Source: a virus (taxonomy: Duplodnaviria; Caudoviricetes). Taken from it: a stretch of DNA of 34,710 nucleotides. Shown here in pieces: positions 9,798-18,350 of the stretch. The notes under the pieces are model-generated. The model did no database searches and was not told the DNA's origin. It saw nothing but the letters and a program-made list of their open reading frames with translations. The position numbers were made by a program, and so were the translations under genes. The stretch covers positions 1 through 34,710 of the IMG/VR virus record IMGVR_UViG_3300044674_000714; one strand, given 5' to 3'. The stretch's first letter is position 1. Each line of letters starts with the position of its first letter.

Positions 9798-9806
9798 GAG
9801 CAACGA

Positions 9807-11042
9807 ATGAGCATACTTAAACTAAAAGGTAACGCTTCCGGCACAGGCACAGTAACGCTCGAAGCTCCAAACACAAACACGGATCAGACAATCAATATCC
9901 CTGACGGCGCTGGTTCTTTCGTTACAGCAAACGCGAGCGGTGATGTTGGTATTGGGCTGAGTTCGCCAGCAACTTTGCTAGATGTAAGAGATGGGGATGG
10001 CTCAATTCTTACTTTGGGTAATTCAGGAACTTTTGCAGCAGGAGAAAGTTCATACCTAAAGTTTAGGGAAGCCTCTACTCAGCTTGCAGAAATTGGATGG
10101 GAGGCAGATACAAACGAGCTTCGCATCAATAATCGTGTAAGCTTAACGTCTTTTTATACAGCTAACACAGAACGCGCGCGCATCGACAGCAGCGGCCACT
10201 TGCTAGTTTCAAAATCCTCAACAGACACTGCCACCGCAGGTGTTTCAATATCGAGTATTTTGGGCGTCCGATCAACGGTAGATGGTAATGTTCCATTGCT
10301 TTTGAATAGGAATAGTAACAACGGAAATTTAATAGATTTCCGTAAGGATAATACACAATTTGGAATTATTGGTTGCGCTGGCAGCTCATCTAACATTATC
10401 ACTATTTACAATACTTCAAGTGGTGGTTGCGGGTTAGGTATGTATTCCGATGCAACTGTTCGTCCCGTAGGTAATACAGGAACTGATAACGATAATGGAA
10501 TAGATTTGGGTAGAAGTGCCACCCGCTTCAACGACGCCTTCATTACCAACGGCGTAACCACAGGATCAGACGCTAACGAAAAGCAACAGATAGCCGTTCT
10601 AACCGACGCAGAGATAGCAGCGGCAAAGCGCATAAGTGCAGGTTTCAAAACCTTTAAGTGGAACGACGCAGTAGAAGCTAAAGGCGACAACGCCAGAACA
10701 CACACAGGCGTCATAGCTCAAGAGGTACAAACAGCTTTGGAAGCTGAAGGTCTGGACGCTGGCAACTACGCTTTCTGGATGAGCAACACATGGTGGGAAA
10801 CACAGACAGAAGTTCCTGCTGTAGCAGAAGAGCTTGACGAAGACGGTAACGTAATCACTGAAGCCCAAGAAGCCTATACTCGTACAGATACCTACGACAC
10901 GCTGGAGGAGGCACCAGCGGGTGCAACAGAGCGCACTAGATTGGGCATCAGGTATCCAGAACTACTAGCGTTTATAGGCGCTGCAACAGAACAACGCTTA
11001 ACTTCCATCGAAGCCAGATTAGATGCACTGGAGGCCGTGTAA
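9807..11042 (+). CDS. Tail fibre / receptor-binding protein with C-terminal peptidase S74 intramolecular chaperone
   Basis: GDVGIG..SP, TERARIDSSG, cleavage-like TGSDANEKQQI, HTGVIAQEV and GIRYPELLAF. Confidence 0.88.
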   Translation: MSILKLKGNASGTGTVTLEAPNTNTDQTINIPDGAGSFVTANASGDVGIGLSSPATLLDVRDGDGSILTLGNSGTFAAGESSYLKFREASTQLAEIGWEADTNELRINNRVSLTSFYTANTERARIDSSGHLLVSKSSTDTATAGVSISSILGVRSTVDGNVPLLLNRNSNNGNLIDFRKDNTQFGIIGCAGSSSNIITIYNTSSGGCGLGMYSDATVRPVGNTGTDNDNGIDLGRSATRFNDAFITNGVTTGSDANEKQQIAVLTDAEIAAAKRISAGFKTFKWNDAVEAKGDNARTHTGVIAQEVQTALEAEGLDAGNYAFWMSNTWWETQTEVPAVAEELDEDGNVITEAQEAYTRTDTYDTLEEAPAGATERTRLGIRYPELLAFIGAATEQRLTSIEARLDALEAV

Positions 11043-12530
11043 ATGAGTACTTTAAAAACGGGTAACATCACGCACCCCTCATCCACTGGCACTGCAATCA
11101 CGCTTGATGCAAGTGATAATGTTGGCATAGGCCAAGGGACGCCGACAGCTACGCTCGATGTGAACGGCACGATCAAGCTGGACGGGAATTATCCTGTTGG
11201 TACAAACAACGTGGCATTGGGTGATACAGCGCTGGATAGTGTAAGTTCAGGCCAGCGTAATGTAGCTATAGGCACTAATGCACTGACTTCCGTTACATCA
11301 GGCCAAAGAAATACTGCTGTAGGTTACATTGCCTTAACGAATAATACGGGTTCTTATAATTCTGCGTTTGGTGAGCAAGCATTGCAAGCCACAACATCAG
11401 GTCAATATAATACGGCTAGTGGTTCTTCTGCGGCTGCAAACAATACGACAGGTAGCTACAATACTGCGGTGGGTCAATCCGCCTTGCTCTCCAACACCAC
11501 CGCAGACAGTAATACCGCTGTTGGTAAATCAGCTTTAACTGCCAACACGACTGGCACACAAAACACAACTGTTGGTAAAGATTCTTTAGGTAGTAATACA
11601 ACAGGAAATTATAATACCACATTGGGATCTAATGCTTTAGTTTCCAACACCACCGCAAATAACAACACGGCTGTTGGTTATCAGGCAGGATATACTAATT
11701 CTACAGGGATCAACCACACCCTTATAGGTAAAGATGCGGGTTACAGCACCACAGGTAGTAGTAATACGTTTGTTGGTGTGGATAGTGGTTATTACGTTAG
11801 TTCTGGTGGAAGTAATACCGTACTTGGTCGCTACAACGGCAACCAAGGCGGCTTAGACATCCGCACCAGCAGCAGCAACATCGTGCTGAGTGATGGTGCT
11901 GGTAATCCGAGAACACACATAAACAGTACTGGCCACCACTTTATTTCTCCTGACCTATCTACTATGGGTAACAGCGGTAATAAACACGTTACGGCCAATA
12001 CTGCTACAGGCAATTACATCCAAATCTTTGAACATTCAGCGGCAAGCTCAAATGTTTATGGTGTTTTTGTAAACTTCTATGCTGGCGCACCTAATGATAC
12101 TGTGCGAACCTTTTTGGCGTGTCAGGATAGTTCCACTTCACGAATGTTAGTTTACTCAAACGGTAACCTAGTTAATCGAAACAACAGTTATGGCGCTCTT
12201 TCCGACGAAAAACTGAAAGAAAACATTGTAGATAGTGGCTCTCAATGGAATGACATAAAAGCTCTTCGTGTTCGCAAATACAGCATGAAAGAAGATGCTC
12301 TTGATGCACCGAATAGACTTGGTGTTATAGCACAAGAGGTTGAAGCGGCTGGCATGGGTGGTCTTGTATTTGAAAGCCCAGATACTGATGCTGACCTAAA
12401 CGATCTTGGTACAGTAACCAAGCAGGTAAACTACTCCGTCCTTTACATGAAAGCAGTCAAGGCACTGCAAGAGGCAATGGAGCGCATCGAAACATTAGAA
12501 GCTAAAGTCGCAGCACTGGAGACCCCATAA
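11043..12530 (+). CDS. Tail fibre with 14-aa N-T-A-V-G beta-helical repeats and S74 chaperone
   Basis: Tandem NTAVGxxAL repeats, then ALSDEKLKENI, GVIAQEVE, VNYSVLYMKAVKALQE and a coiled coil. Confidence 0.88.
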   Translation: MSTLKTGNITHPSSTGTAITLDASDNVGIGQGTPTATLDVNGTIKLDGNYPVGTNNVALGDTALDSVSSGQRNVAIGTNALTSVTSGQRNTAVGYIALTNNTGSYNSAFGEQALQATTSGQYNTASGSSAAANNTTGSYNTAVGQSALLSNTTADSNTAVGKSALTANTTGTQNTTVGKDSLGSNTTGNYNTTLGSNALVSNTTANNNTAVGYQAGYTNSTGINHTLIGKDAGYSTTGSSNTFVGVDSGYYVSSGGSNTVLGRYNGNQGGLDIRTSSSNIVLSDGAGNPRTHINSTGHHFISPDLSTMGNSGNKHVTANTATGNYIQIFEHSAASSNVYGVFVNFYAGAPNDTVRTFLACQDSSTSRMLVYSNGNLVNRNNSYGALSDEKLKENIVDSGSQWNDIKALRVRKYSMKEDALDAPNRLGVIAQEVEAAGMGGLVFESPDTDADLNDLGTVTKQVNYSVLYMKAVKALQEAMERIETLEAKVAALETP

Positions 12531-12760
12531 TGGACGAAATAACAGCAGAACAAATCGCCCAGCATTATACAGCAATGGGCCACAGTGTTGATCTATTAAA
12601 CGCTGGACAACCAGAAGACATGGACGATGCAGAGTGGGCTGATTGCGTACAGCGTAACGTCGATCACCTCAAGATCATGGTGGCAAAAGACTTCTGGACG
12701 ACAGAAGACATGACCGCTGCCAATGCTGCAATAGCTGCTAACTCGGAGGCCGCACAATGA
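12530..12760 (+). CDS. Small acidic protein, putative tail-fibre assembly chaperone
   Basis: TAATG-coupled to the fibre gene; QRNVDHLKIM motif. Function is inferred from position. Confidence 0.7.
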   Translation: MDEITAEQIAQHYTAMGHSVDLLNAGQPEDMDDAEWADCVQRNVDHLKIMVAKDFWTTEDMTAANAAIAANSEAAQ

Positions 12761-13539
12761 CCGTAACGATTAACGGAACCACTGGCCTAGCTACGGATAG
12801 CACGAGCGCCGTAGTAGAAGCTGTTAGCCTCAATCACCCATCGAGTAGCACTGCTGCGATAACTATGGATGCGAGTAATAATGTGACGCTTGCTTCCAAC
12901 TTAACGATGACGGGTGGCATTGAGATACCAAACCAAAATGATATTAACGAAATAACCTTTACTGGTACTGAGTTTACCAATGTGCTTTCTTCTTCTACTA
13001 GTGGCTTTCAATTAGGCACTACTGGTGCGGGTTATTTGTCGTTTCTTACATCAAATACAGAACGCGCTCGCATCGATAGCGATGGCCTAAAATTCAACGG
13101 CGACACCGCTGCGGCTAACGCGCTGGATGACTATGAAGAAGGCACTTGGACGCCTGTTTTAAGTGGTAACACTGGGGAAAGTGGACAATCGTACAACAGT
13201 CAAAACGGCGCATATACAAAAGTTGGATCACTTGTTTATTGCAGTGCTTGGGTAAATGTTAGCTCAATCGGAACGGTTAGCGGTTCATACGCATTTTTAA
13301 GAGGACTGCCTTTTACAGTTGCGAGTGGAAATCAAAACTACGGCGGTGGAGTTATTCAGTATTGGGACTCTTTTGGTGTTAATAGCGCAGGTTTTACTCT
13401 TTATACAGAAGTAGGCACCACTTACTGTTATGTACAGTACAGGTCAAGTTTTGGTACAACAGCAACTTATATGCCGCCATCCGGTTGGGGAACTTCTCCA
13501 AATTTAATGTTCAATATTACTTACAGAACAGACGCATAA
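12757..13539 (+). CDS. Third tail fibre / adhesin
   Basis: GLKFNGDTAAANALDDYEEGTWTP...YTKVGSLVY...GLPF receptor-binding module. Confidence 0.82.
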   Translation: MTVTINGTTGLATDSTSAVVEAVSLNHPSSSTAAITMDASNNVTLASNLTMTGGIEIPNQNDINEITFTGTEFTNVLSSSTSGFQLGTTGAGYLSFLTSNTERARIDSDGLKFNGDTAAANALDDYEEGTWTPVLSGNTGESGQSYNSQNGAYTKVGSLVYCSAWVNVSSIGTVSGSYAFLRGLPFTVASGNQNYGGGVIQYWDSFGVNSAGFTLYTEVGTTYCYVQYRSSFGTTATYMPPSGWGTSPNLMFNITYRTDA

Positions 13540-13589
13540 CCCACTGCATAGCTTTGGGTCGGACAGTCCATAGCCATAGGAGATAAAAA

Positions 13590-13841
13590 ATGGCACTAAC
13601 AGAAAGAACAGTAGAAGACAAAATTGAAATCGTTGGTGACTACAAGCACATTCAGGTGCGTACAGCCACGGTCATCGAGCGCGACGGTGTAGAGATCAGC
13701 CGCAGCTTTCATAGGCATGTAGTAGCCCCAGGCGACGACGTATCTGGTGAAAGCGCTGAAGTACAAGCCATCGCAGCCGCTGTCCACACCGCTGAAGTAA
13801 TTGCTGCTTATGAAGCGCATGTAGCAGCGCAGGAAGTCTAA
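13590..13841 (+). CDS. Tail-fibre-associated small protein
   Basis: AGGAG RBS; DKIEIVG...QVRTATVIERDGVEISRSFHRHV motif that I recall following DDYEEG-type fibres. Confidence 0.8.
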   Translation: MALTERTVEDKIEIVGDYKHIQVRTATVIERDGVEISRSFHRHVVAPGDDVSGESAEVQAIAAAVHTAEVIAAYEAHVAAQEV

Positions 13842-13860
13842 CCACTAACCACAGGAGGCA

Positions 13861-14088
13861 GTGATGGCAAAAAACGAAAATGCCACCATCGTTGTCAATG
13901 GCGTTGAGTACAGCGTCGATGAAATGAACCAAGAGCAGCGTGCATTGTTAGCGCATGCAACAGATCTGGAGCGAAAGATCTCCACTGCAAGGTTTAACGT
14001 AGATCAGATGGAAGTCGGCAGGCAGGCTTTCGTTGATCGCCTAGCCGCGTCTTTGGCTGTAGATGCAGAGAAAGCCGCAGCGGAATAA
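13861..14088 (+). CDS. Hypothetical coiled-coil protein
   Basis: AGGAGG RBS; real start is GTG 13861 or ATG 13864. Confidence 0.75.
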   Translation: MMAKNENATIVVNGVEYSVDEMNQEQRALLAHATDLERKISTARFNVDQMEVGRQAFVDRLAASLAVDAEKAAAE

Positions 14089-14106
14089 TGAAAAGGCCGA
14101 GGCTAC

Positions 14107-14472
14107 ATGCTCGAAGGATCAGTAAACCTATCCACGATTATTAGCTTCGGCACCACTGCCGCAGGCGTAGTAGCCGCGATGGCAGTAGCACGCTTCCAGA
14201 TAAAAAGCCTCACTGTGTCCGTTGAGCAGATCGCCAAAGATTTGCGCAAAATCGACACCAGGTGCGACAGATTGGAAACGCAGGTCGAGACTACCCAGCA
14301 GCGCCTCTCGGTGATCAGTGGGATGATGTCACCATCTGAGGAAGCCAAGAAAAACAGAGAAATTGCCACCCTGATTTCAGAAATGGCTTATGTCAAAGCT
14401 GAATGTGAGCGGCTCCACAAGATCCATAATGGTGTCCACCCTCCTGTTTCTAATACGAGGACTGCGACATGA
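14107..14472 (+). CDS. Membrane-anchored coiled-coil protein (lysis module)
   Basis: N-terminal hydrophobic helix followed by heptad repeats. Confidence 0.7.
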   Translation: MLEGSVNLSTIISFGTTAAGVVAAMAVARFQIKSLTVSVEQIAKDLRKIDTRCDRLETQVETTQQRLSVISGMMSPSEEAKKNREIATLISEMAYVKAECERLHKIHNGVHPPVSNTRTAT

Positions 14473-14744
14473 CTTTCAACTTACAAGCGTTGCTGACTGC
14501 ATTAGCACCAATACTGTTTGCAGCAGTCGGATATCTCATAACGTCATTAAATGAACTAGATGCCAGAGTGCAAAAAGCAGAAGGTTATCTAATGCTTTTG
14601 GTAACACCGACTGGTGAGATAATAGCAAGCCCTGCTAACTCCATTGCTCGGCAAAAGTTACGCGAGGATTTCATGGTTTACATCCACGACCATGAAGTGA
14701 GGTTAAAGCTTATGGAGGCCAAAGACCATGACAGAGAAAACTGA
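14469..14744 (+). CDS. Single-TM membrane protein (lysis module)
   Basis: ATGA overlap with the previous gene; N-terminal TM LQALLTALAPILFAAVGYLI. Confidence 0.65.
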   Translation: MTFNLQALLTALAPILFAAVGYLITSLNELDARVQKAEGYLMLLVTPTGEIIASPANSIARQKLREDFMVYIHDHEVRLKLMEAKDHDREN

Positions 14745-14946
14745 TAACGTACCAGATAAAGCTGCGTACCAGGTAAACCGGCGACGCATGTGCTGGGTGG
14801 CTTTAGCCATGATGATGGCAGTAGTGGTCTGCTTTCTCATTAATCCTGAAAAGTACAACGGTGCTGAATTAGGTCCAATATTCTACGGCCTCTCTGGGCT
14901 TGTGGCCGTGTATTTCGGCGCAACTTCATGGCAGCAAAAGAAATGA
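14728..14946 (+). CDS. Putative 2-TM holin-like protein
   Basis: NRRRM followed by two hydrophobic helices, ending YFGATSW. Confidence 0.7.
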   Translation: MTEKTDNVPDKAAYQVNRRRMCWVALAMMMAVVVCFLINPEKYNGAELGPIFYGLSGLVAVYFGATSWQQKK

Positions 14947-15332
14947 TTGGCGCATTAATAGGGCCGATTGCCAACTTAGCTGGAACGTGGCTGGAAGGCA
15001 GAGTGCAGACCAAAGCAGCCGAGACAGAAGCCAAGGTAGCCAAATCAAAAGCCGAGGCTCAGATCATGCTGTCTGCGGCAACGTCAGAGGCTGAGTGGGA
15101 ACGGGTCATGGCCCAAGGTTCTCAGAATAGCTGGAAAGATGAGTGGCTAACTATTCTCTTCAGCATTCCACTGATACTCAGTTTTTGCGGTGATTGGGGT
15201 AGAGAGGTAACAGAGCAGGGCTTCCAGGCGCTGGAAACGATGCCTGGGTGGTATCAGTACACCTTGGGCGTAATAGTTGCCGCCAGCTTTGGTGTGCGGT
15301 CAGCGACGCGCTTTTTCGGTAAAAGCAAATGA
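14943..15332 (+). CDS. Putative holin (GTA 3TM-holin-like)
   Basis: Start placed at the ATGA overlap (14943). SWKDEWLTILFSIP...PGWYQYTLGVIVAASFGVR motif and basic C-terminus. Confidence 0.75.
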   Translation: MIGALIGPIANLAGTWLEGRVQTKAAETEAKVAKSKAEAQIMLSAATSEAEWERVMAQGSQNSWKDEWLTILFSIPLILSFCGDWGREVTEQGFQALETMPGWYQYTLGVIVAASFGVRSATRFFGKSK

Positions 15333-15341
15333 TCCACGGAA

Positions 15342-15743
15342 TTGATTAGCGCAAAACACATTGGCGCAGCAGGCGAACATTTAACCTGCAGCATGCTGTT
15401 GCTTTTAGGCTGGGTGCCGACAATGGTTGACGCTGAAGGCATGGATATTGTTGCAATTCGCAATCAAGAGATTGTTCGTATTCAGGTTAAGTCTACGCTG
15501 AAGCGGCTGGATGGCTACAGTTACCAATGGCAAGTAAATAAGGGTTTGCAAAAAAGATCACTAACAGAGGAAGACTGTGATGTGGTTGCGTGTGTTGCCT
15601 TGGATCTGAGAAAGATAGTCTTTTATCCAATCTCGATTATCTCAAAACAAATCACCAGGCGCATGGCGTTATCAAAAATGGTTGCGCCTAATCTTGAAGA
15701 GGATAGCTGGGAAACAGCGCTGGCGGCTATGCTTAAACATTAA
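15342..15743 (+). CDS. Free-standing PD-(D/E)XK endonuclease
   Basis: IGAAGE (motif I), MDIVA (motif II), RIQVKS (motif III); TTG start. Confidence 0.78.
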   Translation: MISAKHIGAAGEHLTCSMLLLLGWVPTMVDAEGMDIVAIRNQEIVRIQVKSTLKRLDGYSYQWQVNKGLQKRSLTEEDCDVVACVALDLRKIVFYPISIISKQITRRMALSKMVAPNLEEDSWETALAAMLKH

Positions 15744-15754
15744 TCTGTGTTTAA
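15733..15754. promoter_or_regulatory. AT-rich inverted repeat containing a TTAA-N7-TTAA (CtrA-like) box
   Basis: TTAAACA-N8-TGTTTAA inverted repeat; TTAA tctgtgt TTAA at 15740-15754. Confidence 0.4.
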
Positions 15755-15781
15755 TATGCACAAAACACGGGGTTATGAAAT

Positions 15782-15922
15782 ATGGCAAAACAAAACGTAG
15801 GAACGGTCTGGCGGCCACTGAAGGTCAGCAAGCGCACTTCCATAGGCCAGTCAGTATTGAGCAGACCCACAAACAAGCACAAGCGGCGCAACTGGAAGCG
15901 CTATAGAGGACAGGGGAGATAA
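15782..15922 (+). CDS. 46-aa basic protein ending KRYRGQGR (not in ORF track)
   Basis: MAKQNVGTVWRPLKVSKRTSIGQSVLSRPTNKHKRRNWKRYRGQGR; the KRTSIG...YRGQGR motif is familiar from aquatic phages. Confidence 0.78.
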   Translation: MAKQNVGTVWRPLKVSKRTSIGQSVLSRPTNKHKRRNWKRYRGQGR

Positions 15923-15925
15923 CCA

Positions 15926-16081
15926 ATGGCAAAGAAACCCGGGCTTTGGGCTAACATCCACGCAAAGCGTGAGCGTATTAAAGCAGGCAGCGGCGAGAAG
16001 ATGCGCAAACCTGGAAGCAAAGGTGCGCCTACAGCTAAAGCTTTACGCGATAGCAGAAGCAAGCCGAGGTCAAAAAAATGA
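15926..16081 (+). CDS. 51-aa basic protein (not in ORF track)
   Basis: MAKKPGLWANIHAKRERIKAGSGEKMRKPGSKGAPTAKALRDSRSKPRSKK; GGAG RBS; stop overlaps the endolysin start (ATGA). Confidence 0.82.
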   Translation: MAKKPGLWANIHAKRERIKAGSGEKMRKPGSKGAPTAKALRDSRSKPRSKK

Positions 16082-16614
16082 AGGCCAATTTTCTCACAGC
16101 TCTTGATATGACACTCAACCACGAAGGTGGCTGGAGTGATCACCCTGACGACCCAGGTGGTGCCACCATGCAAGGTGTGACACTGAAAACATATAGCGAT
16201 TATTTAGGCCGGGAAGCCACTAAAGACGAGCTGCGCGACATTGACGACGACGAGATTGAAGAGATCTACAAAACTGGATACTGGGACAAGATCCGAGGTG
16301 ACGATATCCCTACCGGCCCAGATATCGTGATGTTTGACTTCGCAGTTAACAGTGGTCCAAAACGTGCTATAATAATCGCGCAGAGGCTCTGCTTTGCCGA
16401 GGATGATGGCATCTTTGGACATAAGACGCTGAAGCGGGTCTGGGAACGGATTGTCACTTACGGGTCAGAGCAATTCGTCGAGGACTACTGCGACCGGCGG
16501 CTAGAGTTTCTGCAAGGGCTGTCCACCTTCGGAACCTTCGGAAGAGGTTGGACTGCAAGAGTGGAGGATATCCGCGAGCGCGCTGCCGAGATTGCGAGGG
16601 ATCAACCAATATGA
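16078..16614 (+). CDS. Endolysin, glycosyl hydrolase family 108 with C-terminal PG-binding region
   Basis: HEGGWSDHPDDPGGATMQGVT, YWD, FDFAVNSG and FGRGWTARV motifs. Confidence 0.92.
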   Translation: MKANFLTALDMTLNHEGGWSDHPDDPGGATMQGVTLKTYSDYLGREATKDELRDIDDDEIEEIYKTGYWDKIRGDDIPTGPDIVMFDFAVNSGPKRAIIIAQRLCFAEDDGIFGHKTLKRVWERIVTYGSEQFVEDYCDRRLEFLQGLSTFGTFGRGWTARVEDIRERAAEIARDQPI

Positions 16615-18350
16615 CAGTGGTGTCATTAACATTACCGCCTGGTATCGTTAGGCCAACGTCGCCGCTGCAGGCAGCAGGGCGATACTATGACGCTAACTTG
16701 ATCCGTTGGCGTCAAGGCAAGCTGGTGCCTGTTGGTGGCTGGCAGCGGATCAGCAATGCGCCTCTATCTTCGACTGTGCGCACCATTTACACATGGACAA
16801 ATAACTCTGACTTGTCCCTTGCCGCGCTTGGGTGCGACGAAAACCTATATGCGTTTGATGGTAATAATTCGACATATACTGACATAACACCAACTGGTTT
16901 TGTTGGTTCAAACACTTCTTCGGTCGGTGGATACGGTGCATATGATTATGGATCTCTTTTATATGGTGATGATACAGATGCGACCTATCCCCGGCCTCCC
17001 TCAGAATTAGATCGCGTTACGTTTACATGGACGGTGGCAAGCTGGGGTGAGGATATCCTTGCTGTGGCTTCCAGTGATGGCAGGCTTCTGCATTGGGAAT
17101 ATGGTGAAACAGAAGCACATCCAGTAGGTGCTGCTGCTATAGATACAGCAGATCGCGTTAGTAACGTGGTGACAGTGACTACAGATTATCACCACGACTT
17201 CCAGGTAGGTGATGTGGTTACAATAGAAGGCAACAGCGAAAGCACCTTTAACGCTGACTGGACAATTGCCACCATACCTAGCGACACAACTTTTACGTTT
17301 AACTTCAGCGGTACTGATACAACTGGAACTGGTGGCACGGCAACGCATGGCACCGTTCCTATTAACAACACAGGTGTGGTTGTAACACCAGAACGGCATG
17401 CAGTGCTGTTTGGTTGCGGTGGTGAAGGTCGACGTGTCGCGTGGTCAGACCAAGAGGACTACAGCGACTGGGACTTTGCTGACGCCACCACACTAGCTGG
17501 TTTCTTTGATCTTGATACTGATAGCCCGATACAAATGGCTGTTAGCGTCAGAGAGGGAACTTTGATATGGACAGAGGATGAAGCGTGGCTGATGCGCTAC
17601 GTCGGAAGCCCATATGTCTACGGATTTGAGCGTATCGGTCAGGGCTGTGGTCTCATGGCCCCACAAAGCTTTGCCACCACCGCTGGCAGATGTGTGTGGA
17701 TGGGTAGAGAGAATTTCTGGATCTACGAAGGTGGTGCAGTTACACCGCTTGCGTGTGACGTTGCCTCTTACGTTTTTGAGGAAGGCGACAAAGCTTTATC
17801 CAGGCTCTACACGCACGGCTCTCAGAATAACGTATTTCCAGAGGTGTGGTTCTGGTTTCCTTCAGAAGGTAGCACAGTAGCTGATCGCTATGTCATATGG
17901 AATTATGCAGAGAACTGGTGGTCTCTTGGTGAGATGACCAGAACGGCGTCGACTGGTGCTGGTGCATTTCCGTTCCCGATGACAGCAGATGATGGGAATG
18001 AGGTGTACTTCCAAGAATATGGATGGACGGATAGTGGCGCATCTTTGGTGGGCTCTCGATATGCAGAAAGCGGTAGCTTGAATAGTTCTGGAGGTAACGT
18101 AGTCACCAGCGTGCGTCAGGCTATGACGAATAGTGGTTACAGTTACGACAGCACCAAGCTGACGTTTTATGGTTCCTTTACTCCTGACGGCGACGAGAGC
18201 AGCTTTGGTCCCTACTCCCCTAGATCCGATGGCTACACAGATGTGCGGTTCACGGCCCGTGACTTCCGTGTGCGCTTTGAGGCGACGCAAGACGATGACT
18301 GGTCCGTTGGTGGTCTAAGGTTAGATGTAATGCAAAGAGGCAATAGGTAA
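16611..18350 (+). CDS. Tail nozzle / DNA stabilization protein (tail tubular B, P22 gp10-like)
   Basis: Start placed at the ATGA overlap (16611). Beta-propeller-type motifs VAWSDQED, YVGSPYVYGF, EVWFWFPS. Confidence 0.82.
   Translation: MTVVSLTLPPGIVRPTSPLQAAGRYYDANLIRWRQGKLVPVGGWQRISNAPLSSTVRTIYTWTNNSDLSLAALGCDENLYAFDGNNSTYTDITPTGFVGSNTSSVGGYGAYDYGSLLYGDDTDATYPRPPSELDRVTFTWTVASWGEDILAVASSDGRLLHWEYGETEAHPVGAAAIDTADRVSNVVTVTTDYHHDFQVGDVVTIEGNSESTFNADWTIATIPSDTTFTFNFSGTDTTGTGGTATHGTVPINNTGVVVTPERHAVLFGCGGEGRRVAWSDQEDYSDWDFADATTLAGFFDLDTDSPIQMAVSVREGTLIWTEDEAWLMRYVGSPYVYGFERIGQGCGLMAPQSFATTAGRCVWMGRENFWIYEGGAVTPLACDVASYVFEEGDKALSRLYTHGSQNNVFPEVWFWFPSEGSTVADRYVIWNYAENWWSLGEMTRTASTGAGAFPFPMTADDGNEVYFQEYGWTDSGASLVGSRYAESGSLNSSGGNVVTSVRQAMTNSGYSYDSTKLTFYGSFTPDGDESSFGPYSPRSDGYTDVRFTARDFRVRFEATQDDDWSVGGLRLDVMQRGNR

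Noticed and set aside
9807-13539. Diversity-generating retroelement or invertible tail-fibre switch
   Set aside because: No reverse transcriptase, no TR/VR pair differing at adenines, no serine invertase, and all fibre genes are co-oriented.
15682-15906. Tracked 74-aa ORF
   Set aside because: It overlaps the nuclease, and the alternative-frame 15782-15922 ORF has a recognisable motif and fits the gene spacing better.
16548-16610. Extended N-termini from the ORF track (also 26101, 26364, 27674, 28390, 30386)
   Set aside because: Downstream ATGs have better RBSs or ATGA coupling, so starts were reassigned.
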